DNA of 64,000 bases, from the IMG/VR virus record IMGVR_UViG_3300016466_000841, positions 13,976 through 77,975 of that record; one strand, given 5' to 3'. The position numbers were made by a program, and so were the translations under genes. The stretch's first letter is position 1. Each line of letters opens with the position of its first letter. The DNA is from a virus. Below are positions 24,002 through 33,251 of the stretch, piece after piece. A model generated the notes under the pieces. It saw nothing but the letters and a program-made list of their open reading frames with translations. It made no database searches and was not told where the DNA came from.

Positions 24002-24087
24002 ATTGTACAGATATTTATAATAGAAATCAACTATTTTTTAGTGATTTTTCATTGTATTTTTCTATGGGATTCATAGGCACAACAAAT
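24002..24087 (-). promoter_or_regulatory. ahpC promoter with OxyR-type operator
   Basis: TTGATT-N17-TACAAT (24030-24002); ATTG-N7-CTAT-N7-ATAG-N7-AAAT at 24051-24087; ATAG-N7-CTAT at 24020-24034. Confidence 0.75.
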
Positions 24088-24159
24088 GATCAACGACTAG
24101 CATCGTGACAATCCAACCGGTGGGAACCTACAATGTTCGCTATGTTTCGTCCGGATGTT

Positions 24160-24432
24160 TTAATTAAATATCGATGACCAAATTTTTAATTTATCAATTT
24201 TTTTCTGCTTGGCTCGTAATAGCATGTCATTGTCAATGACCCCACGAGAGACCAATATGTCGATCATGGCCAACACGTCTCCGATTTCTTGCTCAAGCAT
24301 TTCTTTGTGCTCAATACCGGTCTTGTGATGCTGAGAACTCAATCCAAATCTTCGGCACTTGCTGATCTCGACGATAACTTCGGCACACTCTTCCTGGAGT
24401 ATGTCGAGTATTTCTTGCGTCTTATCGTCCAT
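24160..24432 (-). CDS. MazG-like NTP pyrophosphohydrolase
   Basis: LQEECAEVI...LEQEIGDVL (EExxE/ExxD). Confidence 0.75.
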   Translation of the reverse strand: MDDKTQEILDILQEECAEVIVEISKCRRFGLSSQHHKTGIEHKEMLEQEIGDVLAMIDILVSRGVIDNDMLLRAKQKKIDKLKIWSSIFN

Positions 24433-25180
24433 GGATGATATGTCGTACTGAGTCCCAAAATGCCATTTTATCGTCGATTGATTTATGTGCGGCGTCTTGT
24501 GCTTCTTGATATTTGGCAGTATCGCCGTTGCAGAAGATCTCTACCAGTTCCATAGATGCTGGCCCGTGATCATCGGTGTCGACCTCGATGTGTCGGCGCA
24601 ACCATGCGTAAAACTTGGGGGCTTCTTGCTCAGTGATACCCAACTGTTTGACCATGTTCATGTACATGCCCGGAATCACTGTTTCTCGACCGAACGCGAA
24701 TGCGGCCGCGGCCACATGTGGTTTTCCAGATCCAATGAATCCAAAAGTGCTTTGCATGAATTCGCGGCTGGCGGCTGGTACCACGCTCATGGCTTCAAAC
24801 AATCCCACATCAGGTATGCGACGGACGAACTCTAGAGCACCGGTGGGATCGGCTCCTACTTCTTGCATGGCTTCGAGATAAAGATCAAAATGGCTGACAT
24901 ATCGACCGTCGAAGCTGTCGCTTTCTTCTGCTACCATGATAGAGTTAATTAATCTCGCGGCGCCATTGCGAGTGTGTTGTGTAGGAATCCAAGGCACTGT
25001 GCTGGGTGCGATATAGCTTTGTAGGCATTTAACCAAGCTCATAAAATCCCAAACACAATAGACATGGTGCTCCATGAAAGTGGCCAACTGAGTTTTATCC
25101 GTCATGACATCTGTGGTCAACAAGGGATGATTCTCTAGTCGACTCTGGTGCTCGCGGATCGCGGTTAAATCAACAGCCAT
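24422..25180 (-). CDS. DUF3050 family heme-oxygenase-like helical protein
   Basis: FMEHHVYCVWDFMSLVK, EESD, SHFDLYL, FGRE, RHIEVD..DHGP. Confidence 0.85.
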   Translation of the reverse strand: MAVDLTAIREHQSRLENHPLLTTDVMTDKTQLATFMEHHVYCVWDFMSLVKCLQSYIAPSTVPWIPTQHTRNGAARLINSIMVAEESDSFDGRYVSHFDLYLEAMQEVGADPTGALEFVRRIPDVGLFEAMSVVPAASREFMQSTFGFIGSGKPHVAAAAFAFGRETVIPGMYMNMVKQLGITEQEAPKFYAWLRRHIEVDTDDHGPASMELVEIFCNGDTAKYQEAQDAAHKSIDDKMAFWDSVRHIIHGR

Positions 25181-25183
25181 GAT

Positions 25184-25357
25184 TTAGTCCTGGTTGTCTT
25201 CGCTGGATTTGCGCTCTCGTCTGGGCTGGATAGCAGCGGCCAGCTCACCTTCAATAAAGGCTCTTTTGATAGCGGATTTGTTGGGATGATTCCACAGTCC
25301 TGCCATCAGAGTCTTGACTGCGCGGGACATCTTGTAATTTTTTGTAGGGGTTAGCAT
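25184..25357 (-). CDS. Hypothetical 57-aa protein
   Basis: Manual translation MLTPTKNYKMSRAVK...; SD AAGGA. Confidence 0.65.
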   Translation of the reverse strand: MLTPTKNYKMSRAVKTLMAGLWNHPNKSAIKRAFIEGELAAAIQPRRERKSSEDNQD

Positions 25358-25388
25358 GTGTCGATTCCTTTGATAGTAGATAAAAAAC

Positions 25389-25904
25389 TTAACGCATAAA
25401 ACCAGAAAAATTCACCGTACACAAATCTCGGAGTCCACCGTTGACTGTGACGTGCGGTACCTGGTCATCCCAGATCATTCCTTCACCGATTTCCCACCCG
25501 GCGCTGGCATAAAGAACACCGTCGACTGCATACTGGGTCATTTGTCCCATGTCAAATGGAGTAGCATAAACTACCGCTCGAACCATAGTTCCTGTTTCAT
25601 TAGGAAATTCTGTGCGCAATTTATGGAAGGTATCGCTGTGCGTGGGAATCACAGACCCTGGGGGGATCACTATGCTGGATATGGTCTTGACGTCGAATCC
25701 CAGCTCTTGGCTGATTTCGTCAAGATCAAATTCTTGTACATTCCACCACAGTTGATGTATGCGTGTGTTTTCCAAACAATAACTGGCAGGAAAGTCTCTG
25801 CCATCTTGATAGATCTTGGTACCAATGGAGCTGACTTCATTGGTGCGATGGTCGGCTTCGGCAAATCTTGATAGGTCAAAATTTACCTTTATATTTTTTA
25901 ACAT
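25389..25904 (-). CDS. Cupin/2OG-oxygenase-fold protein
   Basis: PPGSVIPTHSD...PHVTVNGG. Confidence 0.6.
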   Translation of the reverse strand: MLKNIKVNFDLSRFAEADHRTNEVSSIGTKIYQDGRDFPASYCLENTRIHQLWWNVQEFDLDEISQELGFDVKTISSIVIPPGSVIPTHSDTFHKLRTEFPNETGTMVRAVVYATPFDMGQMTQYAVDGVLYASAGWEIGEGMIWDDQVPHVTVNGGLRDLCTVNFSGFMR

Positions 25905-25905
25905 T

Positions 25906-26145
25906 TCAGTGTTTTCCTAATAGCTTGAGATTCAATACAAAGTTTTCTACAGTGAGTTTGACGATCATTGACATCAGAACTGTGTCTCGGTCTTGGTAGT
26001 TGACATTTTCAAAAATTTCAACAAGATTCAGTGCTATCAAACGATAGGCTTCGTTTTCGTTGATGGCCAGCATGCCCCAATCTATGGGATCTTCTGTTTC
26101 AACTTCGCGTGCGATTTCGATCAGTTGATCGACAGAGACCTTCAT
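25906..26145 (-). CDS. Hypothetical protein
   Basis: ORF track; DPIDWG motif. Confidence 0.7.
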   Translation of the reverse strand: MKVSVDQLIEIAREVETEDPIDWGMLAINENEAYRLIALNLVEIFENVNYQDRDTVLMSMIVKLTVENFVLNLKLLGKH

Positions 26146-27270
26146 CTATCGTCGCTCGCGACCAATTCCCTTGTCTGACGTTTTAGTAGATTTTGTTTTA
26201 GGTGTTATGTCTACACGTTTACCAGTGACCACCGACGGGGCTGCCACAGGTTTTGTAGGTGCTGCTGTTCCGGGTTCGGAACTCCCGCCGCCTTGGGGTA
26301 AAAGACTGACCTTAGGCATGGCTTCGGATTCTGGTGCATAGATATATGTGGTGTCAACTTTGATCAGTCCTTTCATGCTAGAATAATCACGGAAGTACTG
26401 AGCTGATTCACTGCGAACATCCATTAATAGTATACCATCAAAATTTGAATAGGCCTTGTAGTTTTCATATCCAACATTGAGTATAGCTTCACGTATATCA
26501 TCGGCTGATCCGGAAATCAGCGCCTGCTGGTATTCGGTGTTGTCGGTGTGATTAAAAAGACCGTCAGCGATGTCTTTGGCAGTTGTTTTTAATAGCTTGG
26601 CGTCAATCAATGGACGTATGTTGTTGACCCATATAGCTGGACTAAGACGAGCAGGTACAGGACCTTCGGGTTTTTTGCCGGTACTTTTAGTGATGGCATC
26701 TACGATGGCTTTTTCTATGCCGGTCATGTTCATGGTAGCCTTGCGAGCATTGATCCACCGACCGCCCGACGAAACAGTAGTCTTGACTTCGACTGCTTGA
26801 TCGCCTACTTGTATGTCTCCACCGCCAGATGCTCGACCGCTCCAGGCGATGTCGGGACTCAAAACTGCCAGTGCCACTTCTCCGGGGCCAACACCTTGAC
26901 TCACCAACGAAGTTGATAGAGACTTGAATAAAGCTACATTAAATCCCGGGCCAACAATGTCGGCAAAACTGTGTCCGTTGCCATCTAGGAGTTTAGCGGT
27001 ATCAACGATACCCTTGGGATAATCCTCAAGGAACTTGTTTTTTTCCTCAATGGGCGCCTTGATTTTGATCACAATTTCAGCGATCTTTTCTAAAAATCTC
27101 TTGGCATCGGCATCTTTGCTGATGACAGCTTCGATGCGGTCTTCAATGTTACCGGCTTTAAGGGTATCAATTACTTTTTGCAATAAACGCTCGTCGTCGG
27201 TGGAACGCACCGCGGCAACCGCCTGTGATTTAAGATCGGGGTCTTCGAAGATTTTTAATAGTTCGCGCAT
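26146..27270 (-). CDS. Late protein with PD-(D/E)XK-like motif
   Basis: GVGPGEVAL...GDI...VEVK; start moved to MRELL after TAAATA. Confidence 0.6.
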   Translation of the reverse strand: MRELLKIFEDPDLKSQAVAAVRSTDDERLLQKVIDTLKAGNIEDRIEAVISKDADAKRFLEKIAEIVIKIKAPIEEKNKFLEDYPKGIVDTAKLLDGNGHSFADIVGPGFNVALFKSLSTSLVSQGVGPGEVALAVLSPDIAWSGRASGGGDIQVGDQAVEVKTTVSSGGRWINARKATMNMTGIEKAIVDAITKSTGKKPEGPVPARLSPAIWVNNIRPLIDAKLLKTTAKDIADGLFNHTDNTEYQQALISGSADDIREAILNVGYENYKAYSNFDGILLMDVRSESAQYFRDYSSMKGLIKVDTTYIYAPESEAMPKVSLLPQGGGSSEPGTAAPTKPVAAPSVVTGKRVDITPKTKSTKTSDKGIGRERR

Positions 27271-27280
27271 GATAGTGTAT

Positions 27281-28048
27281 TTATTCCCAACGCTGGATAT
27301 CGCTTTCCTCACAGGAATCCCCGTATTGTATCTCTACGATCTTACATGGTGTAGTGGACATATTCACCAATCTATGCCATTCTCCGCGGGGAACATGATG
27401 AGATTGATGTTGTTTTAAAACACGCGGTGGGATCACATATCCATCGGGCAGTCTTGCTTCGATCACTACTTCGCCTTCGGCAACATGCCAATATTCGGCA
27501 CGATGTTGATGTCGTTGCAGGCTGATGGATTGTCCGGGTTCTATGGTCAATTCCTTAACTCGAGTCCCCGGAACTTCGTGTAGTACACGATAGTATCCCC
27601 AAGGTCGACGAGTCATTGGAGCTTTCCAATCTTCTAACAACCAAGAACTGGAATTCTTTTTATCATTGCCGCCTACCCCAAACACAAAACTCAGTTGTGG
27701 ATCTTGCACGTCCATTTCCAATATATTATCAGCGGTTCTATCGCCACCATTGGCAAATATTATTTGAGCGTTAGAATAAATTGCTCTAACTTTTCTAATA
27801 GCATCTTTAGCACCACCGTCGGAATCATCGAAATTTATTACTCGATCAACATCATGTAAGTTTGATACAATAATTGCTCGTTCTTCCCAGGACATAAATT
27901 CTTGCCCTTTCTTTCGACGTAGCCATTCGTCGGAATTAATCCCAACAATTAGTGCATCACCTAGTTCACGTGCTGCTTTAAAATAGGCTATATGCCCAGA
28001 GTGTACCGGATCAAACCCGCCAGTGGCCAATACTATTTTTTTCGTCAT
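27281..28048 (-). CDS. Cytidylyl/adenylyltransferase fused to type II mannose-6-phosphate isomerase cupin
   Basis: TGGFDPVHSGH, ANGGDR; RPWG, SLQRHQHRAEYW, EIQYG. Confidence 0.9.
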   Translation of the reverse strand: MTKKIVLATGGFDPVHSGHIAYFKAARELGDALIVGINSDEWLRRKKGQEFMSWEERAIIVSNLHDVDRVINFDDSDGGAKDAIRKVRAIYSNAQIIFANGGDRTADNILEMDVQDPQLSFVFGVGGNDKKNSSSWLLEDWKAPMTRRPWGYYRVLHEVPGTRVKELTIEPGQSISLQRHQHRAEYWHVAEGEVVIEARLPDGYVIPPRVLKQHQSHHVPRGEWHRLVNMSTTPCKIVEIQYGDSCEESDIQRWE

Positions 28049-28788
28049 CGGTATTGGTAAAAGTCTTTGTCGAGCCAAGGGTATATAAGATCTTCCTGCC
28101 TTAGATATCCATAGGTATTAATCGAAGTCTCTGCGCTGGGATGTAACATACCTTCTTCTGCTAAATCGTAGAGAGTGGTGGTCCTATGATCAAATGGTTC
28201 TCGGGTCTTGTACACCGCCGCATAAATCCATCCATTGGATCTATAAAAATAAGCGTCATTGCAGTCAAATCCCGATACAGCCAACATATGTACCAATCCA
28301 ACTATATTGTAATTGAAAAAACAATGACTGTAAGATCTATTCACTATCCTGTTATAAACGGTACCTGAGTACTCGGGCACAGATAACACCAACATCCCGT
28401 TGTCGTTCATTTGGCGATTCCAGGTAGACAGCGTACGAATGGGAGTCATGGCATATTGGAAACTGTCGTGGCTCCAGAGAAGATCGATTTTAACAGGTGC
28501 TATCGCTTCTTCAAAATCTTTTTCGAGTACAACGATGTTACTTGTAGACGCAACACGTTCGTCTAACTTTGACGTATCTCGATCTACAGCAAAAACACGG
28601 TAGTTCCTGGGGTCCGGAGGGTCGTCACGTGTCTCAAGTGTGGCCCACCAAAGAGCATCAAGGCCAGCGCCACAGCCCATGTCGCAGACTGTTTCTATGC
28701 TGTCAAGAAAAGTGTCGTAGCCTTTGATCAGCTCTAACACATAGAGGCTGTGTTCGTGGCTTTTATGACTGCTAGTGAATGGTTCCAT
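28045..28788 (-). CDS. Class I SAM-dependent methyltransferase
   Basis: DMGCGAG motif I. Confidence 0.8.
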   Translation of the reverse strand: MEPFTSSHKSHEHSLYVLELIKGYDTFLDSIETVCDMGCGAGLDALWWATLETRDDPPDPRNYRVFAVDRDTSKLDERVASTSNIVVLEKDFEEAIAPVKIDLLWSHDSFQYAMTPIRTLSTWNRQMNDNGMLVLSVPEYSGTVYNRIVNRSYSHCFFNYNIVGLVHMLAVSGFDCNDAYFYRSNGWIYAAVYKTREPFDHRTTTLYDLAEEGMLHPSAETSINTYGYLRQEDLIYPWLDKDFYQYR

Positions 28789-29044
28789 GATGTAGTGTTT
28801 CTATAACAATTTTCTTCTTGTATTTTTCTAATCTTATTTCAAATTGATAACAAGTTTCTGCTAGGTCAGTTGATGGCTCTTTATCAAAAGAATACCGACG
28901 GAGAAGTACCGCCCAATCTTCAATCTGTTCTCGCAACACTTCGAGGTCCACTGCCGAATCAAGGGTCGTACGAGGGCGGCAAAACTTCACTGTTTCCCAC
29001 TCATTGAGTAAAGCCTGGCTCCAAGACACAAAGTCAGGAATCAT
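28772..29044 (-). CDS. Hypothetical protein
   Basis: ORF track; start moved to MIPDF, ATGA-coupled to uvsY. Confidence 0.6.
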   Translation of the reverse strand: MIPDFVSWSQALLNEWETVKFCRPRTTLDSAVDLEVLREQIEDWAVLLRRYSFDKEPSTDLAETCYQFEIRLEKYKKKIVIETLHHGTIH

Positions 29045-29493
29045 ACAGTGACATCCTCCATGCCGGCCGTGCGCAATCTCACGATATGTCCCAGCATCCA
29101 CTGTTTGTTTTCCAGGCCTTTCATCATGCCTAACCACTTGTTCCGTAGCAAAGCCACTTCATTGATGATGGTTTCAAAGTCAATGACTTCATCTTCTCCG
29201 TCGACATATTTTTCTGCATCTCTGCTGGTTAATGCTCGGGCGTAGCTCTCGAGATACTTTTGGAAATGACGACGACGGATCTTCCTTAATTGTATATTTA
29301 AGAATTCTAAAACTGCTTCAATTTCCTGCAGTTGATTAAAACGGTGCTCGGTGATGCCCGGCATTTCTTTGAGATTTTTTTCTACCAACCCGCCAATCCT
29401 AGCATCACCTTTGGCCAATTGGAGTTCTCCTTCATAATATGATATGAAGTCGGGTATGTTGCCTAGATCTGCGACTATTTTGTTATACCACAT
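29041..29493 (-). CDS. uvsY: UvsY-like recombination mediator
   Basis: Helical 150-aa protein with DAEKYVDGE...KQWMLGHIVRLR; near uvsX and gp32. Confidence 0.7.
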   Translation of the reverse strand: MWYNKIVADLGNIPDFISYYEGELQLAKGDARIGGLVEKNLKEMPGITEHRFNQLQEIEAVLEFLNIQLRKIRRRHFQKYLESYARALTSRDAEKYVDGEDEVIDFETIINEVALLRNKWLGMMKGLENKQWMLGHIVRLRTAGMEDVTV

Positions 29494-30765
29494 TTATATA
29501 TCCAAATAAGAAAACAGTGCTCGCCAATTGGTGCCACGTCGTCGATCTATTTCATCAAGATAGATCTTCATCTTGTCTATCTCTTTGCGATCGGGTGCCG
29601 TGGCATCTAATCTCGCTTTCATGCCTTCCATGCGCTGCCGAGCTTCTCGTTGTTCGAATGTGTCTGCGGGCATGGCTGCAAAAATCTTCTCCCAATCCGC
29701 TTGCCAAAATTCTCCACCAAAGATTTCAGGATGCAAATAACTGTATCCTGTGGCATATTGAAAATAATGACCGATATGCCTAGAGTCATTATTGCTGTAA
29801 AAAGTGATTTTGTCAATGAGATCTGGCATCGTTCTCATGGTCAAAGGAGTCACTGTTTGATTGACATTGAGCGTGATCCATTCCTGTTCTGCCGCCCAGG
29901 CAAAGTTTCGTTCAAATAATTCTAGATCCAATCCCGATCGTGTATATTCAATTTCTGGTCCCCAGGCGTCAATGCTGGCGGTAAAATCAAACCTGTGTAT
30001 CTTATCCTCGCGACAGAGACGCTCGATGCTGCCAATGTGTTTTTGAAAAGCCTTTTCTGGTATACTGAAATTGGAAAAAATACCCAGCTCGAGCTCGGGA
30101 TTGGGATTTCGATCAAATATATCAACCACACGCTCAACAAGATCATGTTGTATCAACGTCTCTCCGCCCAGCAAGTGGAGGCGTCTCAGCTCTCTGCCAT
30201 TCTTTTCCAACCAACTATAAAATCGATCAAGATATTCCTCGTCCAATGGATTCTTGTCAACCTTAGCCGGAATCCAAACACCGTTGCGATAGAATTTTCC
30301 AAATTTAATGTTTTCCTGCTCGATCTTGCTACTGAGATTGGCGTTGCAATACACACAGGAAAGGTTGCAGGTATTCTTGGCAAATATTTCCACGATACGC
30401 GGAGTCACTCGTACCGCCATTGGATCATGATCCAGCTCAGGCGGGGTAAGACCGGGAATCTCTAGGTTGTGTTGTCGATCACTCCAACCACCGGCCTGCT
30501 CGGTGTCACGACAGTATTCACAACCATGGCCAGGCCATTCGCCACGCAACATGGCTTCGCGATCTCTGATCTTTTCTGGGAGATTGTGAAAATCATCGAA
30601 TTGATCTAGTGCCATAGGCCATGGCTGCACACGGTGGCAAGAAGACGAAGCACCTTGGTTTAACCAGATAGTGCTCCACGTCCATTTGCTTTGACATGCT
30701 GTTGCTGTTTCAATCGGAAAGAAGTCTCGATCCGTGAAGATTTTAATGGGCTTGTTGATCGCCAT
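29494..30765 (-). CDS. Radical SAM protein
   Basis: CNLSCVYC (CX3CX2C), GGET, extra N-terminal Cys cluster. Confidence 0.85.
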   Translation of the reverse strand: MAINKPIKIFTDRDFFPIETATACQSKWTWSTIWLNQGASSSCHRVQPWPMALDQFDDFHNLPEKIRDREAMLRGEWPGHGCEYCRDTEQAGGWSDRQHNLEIPGLTPPELDHDPMAVRVTPRIVEIFAKNTCNLSCVYCNANLSSKIEQENIKFGKFYRNGVWIPAKVDKNPLDEEYLDRFYSWLEKNGRELRRLHLLGGETLIQHDLVERVVDIFDRNPNPELELGIFSNFSIPEKAFQKHIGSIERLCREDKIHRFDFTASIDAWGPEIEYTRSGLDLELFERNFAWAAEQEWITLNVNQTVTPLTMRTMPDLIDKITFYSNNDSRHIGHYFQYATGYSYLHPEIFGGEFWQADWEKIFAAMPADTFEQREARQRMEGMKARLDATAPDRKEIDKMKIYLDEIDRRRGTNWRALFSYLDI

Positions 30766-31001
30766 CAATCCTCATCGTAATCGTAGTCTTCTTCGTCCTC
30801 TTCTTCATCTTCGTATTCGCCACCGTATTCTTTCATAGCTCGCTCAAGATACGAATCAACTCCGCTGAACTCTTTAAGCTCTGAGTCGCTGAGAAAATCT
30901 ACCAACACACTGACTATACTGTCGGCGGCCGCTTGTCGCTCTTTGGAAGGAACATATTCCTTCATGATAGAATACAATTCTGCGAGTGCATCTGTGCTCA
31001 T
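30765..31001 (-). CDS. Hypothetical protein with acidic tail
   Basis: ORF track. Confidence 0.7.
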   Translation of the reverse strand: MSTDALAELYSIMKEYVPSKERQAAADSIVSVLVDFLSDSELKEFSGVDSYLERAMKEYGGEYEDEEEDEEDYDYDED

Positions 31002-32084
31002 TTATACTTCCTCTAGTTGAGCAGATTCGTTGGGTGATTCAACGGGATCGGATTCACCTCGATGTGGATTGGCCGAGAAGTCAGTCATAACTCGATCAAG
31101 GATTCCTTCGTCGTTGCGTTCCCAGGCTTTGCGGAACTCTTTGATCTCCTCACCGTCTGCTGTGACATATTTAAGCCTGTTGCCGTCTTTTTGCAACAAA
31201 CCTTTGACCTCAAACAAGTCAACACAACCGCTGTAAGGGTTCATGCCTGTTTCATAAGGAATCTTTACTTGCACACTCTCAAAGGGTTTTGCATAGCGTG
31301 TTTTCATGATCTTACAAGCGGCACGGATACCTTTGACTTCACTGATCTTGTTGCCGTCTTCGTCCTCTTTGAGCTTGAGCTTGCGCATGGCTACCACGAT
31401 AGAACTGGCGTAGATAAAGCCCTGACCACCGGAGATCTTGTCATCGGGGTCAAACATGTCTTGGCTGGCATAGGTATGGTTTGTACAAACCAAACCAAGG
31501 TTTAAACTGCCAAACATGTTCACGCAGTTACGGACCAGAGCTGTCAACGATTTGGCTTTGCGACCCAGGTCTCCCTTCATGTCTCCGCTTTCAAATTGGT
31601 TGACGTCGGTGGGTGTCAGCATCATGCCCAGACTGTCGAGTACAAACATGACTTTGGGACGTTGATCCTCGGGCAAGGTTTTGTACTCTTTGACGAACTC
31701 TGAGATCATTTTGGCCACATCATCAATCATGGCCATGTTTAGTTTCAGCAATTTGTCCTCGCTGGTGTCTACACCAAGTGCGTGTAGCCATGCCTCGTCG
31801 AGTGCGTTCTCTGTGTCGATCAGGATCACATAGATGCCTTGTTGTTGTGCGTGTCGTACCAGGTTGCCGGAACAGATAAATGATTTACCTGCGCCCGATT
31901 CACCGGCGAACACAGTGACTTTACCCAGGGGTACTCCGCGATGGAAATCGCCAGAGATGAGATAGTTGAGAGCATAATTACCGGTGCTGATCCAATCAGT
32001 GGGGTCATTGAAACCCACCGAGATGCCGTCGATGCTCTTAGTGATAGATTTACGGAATTTGCTTACGTCAAATGGTTTGCCCAT
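31002..32084 (-). CDS. uvsX: UvsX/RecA-like recombinase
   Basis: GESGAGKS Walker A, IDTENA, DSLG, SGGQG. Confidence 0.9.
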   Translation of the reverse strand: MGKPFDVSKFRKSITKSIDGISVGFNDPTDWISTGNYALNYLISGDFHRGVPLGKVTVFAGESGAGKSFICSGNLVRHAQQQGIYVILIDTENALDEAWLHALGVDTSEDKLLKLNMAMIDDVAKMISEFVKEYKTLPEDQRPKVMFVLDSLGMMLTPTDVNQFESGDMKGDLGRKAKSLTALVRNCVNMFGSLNLGLVCTNHTYASQDMFDPDDKISGGQGFIYASSIVVAMRKLKLKEDEDGNKISEVKGIRAACKIMKTRYAKPFESVQVKIPYETGMNPYSGCVDLFEVKGLLQKDGNRLKYVTADGEEIKEFRKAWERNDEGILDRVMTDFSANPHRGESDPVESPNESAQLEEV

Positions 32085-32139
32085 AATTGATCCTCATTGA
32101 TAGAAACGGGTGGGAAGGATCCCACCCGGTGTGCTCTTG

Positions 32140-33141
32140 TTATTGCTTTTGACGATTACGGATCATCGCGAGGATGTCTTCGGCTCGTTGGCCACCTGCG
32201 GGTTTAGCGGCTGCTACCGGAGCAGTCGCGGCAGGAGCATCATCCTCGTCGGCGTCAAACGGAGCCGATTGAACAGGGGCCGGTGCGGCTTGTGCCACAG
32301 GCTTGGCAGCAGGAGCATCGTCGTCGGCGGTGGTCGCAGCGGTATTACCACCGGTGAAGCCAGCAGGCTTGTAGTACGCACCCCACTTGTCGGGATCATA
32401 GGCCTGACCATCTACAGAAGCCTCAAACATTTCTTTCATGACCTTGAGCTCGGTGTCATTGGGACGTTTGGGCAAGAAGTCTTGGAGGTCATAGAGGCCG
32501 TACTGCTCGATGGCTGCACGCTCTACTTCGGTCAAGGCTGACTCTTTGCGAGCATATTTGGATGTCGAGTAGTCAGCATAACCACCTTTGCTGGTCTTGG
32601 TGATCAAGAAGTCCAGGCCACGCTCAAAGTCGGTGGGCAGTTCTTCCATCTCGGGATCCATGAGTGCGGCCTTGACGATGTTGAAGATCTGTGGGCTGAT
32701 CACAAAACGACGGATGGGATTCTCGGGCACTTTGTCGTCGCCGAGAGTGCTCTCGCGCACAAAGCCCTGGAACAAGTAGCTTTTCTTTTTCCAATATTTG
32801 CGACCCATTTCTTCGAGACTGGCGTCTTTGAACCAAGTACGCACTTCAGCCAGGATTGGACAGGCATTGGGTTCCCACATCTCGATACAAGGAACTTGTA
32901 CTACCACGGGTTTGGAATCGGCTTGACCCTTGATGCCGGCAAATGGCAGTCGGATCATCGCACGTTCTACCCAAAAGAACGAGTTCTTGGTGTTGGCGTC
33001 GGGAAGGAAACGAATTCGGGAAGTTGAGCCCTCTGGGATGTTCCAGTGAGCAAAAATGGCGTTGTCGCCAGTTGAGTTACCGCCTTGACGGCTTTCTTGA
33101 GCTTGCAGTTTTGCACGGATTTCGGCCAATGTAGTTGCCAT
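32140..33141 (-). CDS. gp32-like single-stranded DNA-binding protein
   Basis: RIRFLP, YWKKKS, YADYSTS, Ala-rich/acidic tail; promoter TTGACT-N18-TATACT at 33209-33238. Confidence 0.85.
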   Translation of the reverse strand: MATTLAEIRAKLQAQESRQGGNSTGDNAIFAHWNIPEGSTSRIRFLPDANTKNSFFWVERAMIRLPFAGIKGQADSKPVVVQVPCIEMWEPNACPILAEVRTWFKDASLEEMGRKYWKKKSYLFQGFVRESTLGDDKVPENPIRRFVISPQIFNIVKAALMDPEMEELPTDFERGLDFLITKTSKGGYADYSTSKYARKESALTEVERAAIEQYGLYDLQDFLPKRPNDTELKVMKEMFEASVDGQAYDPDKWGAYYKPAGFTGGNTAATTADDDAPAAKPVAQAAPAPVQSAPFDADEDDAPAATAPVAAAKPAGGQRAEDILAMIRNRQKQ

Positions 33142-33251
33142 GATGTTTTCTCCTAAAAGTTAAATGTGCCATGATGTTACATGAGATTGTCTCAGTTGCA
33201 CATACATTAGTATATGCTAGTCTATTTATCAAAGTCAAGAGAAAACTGATA

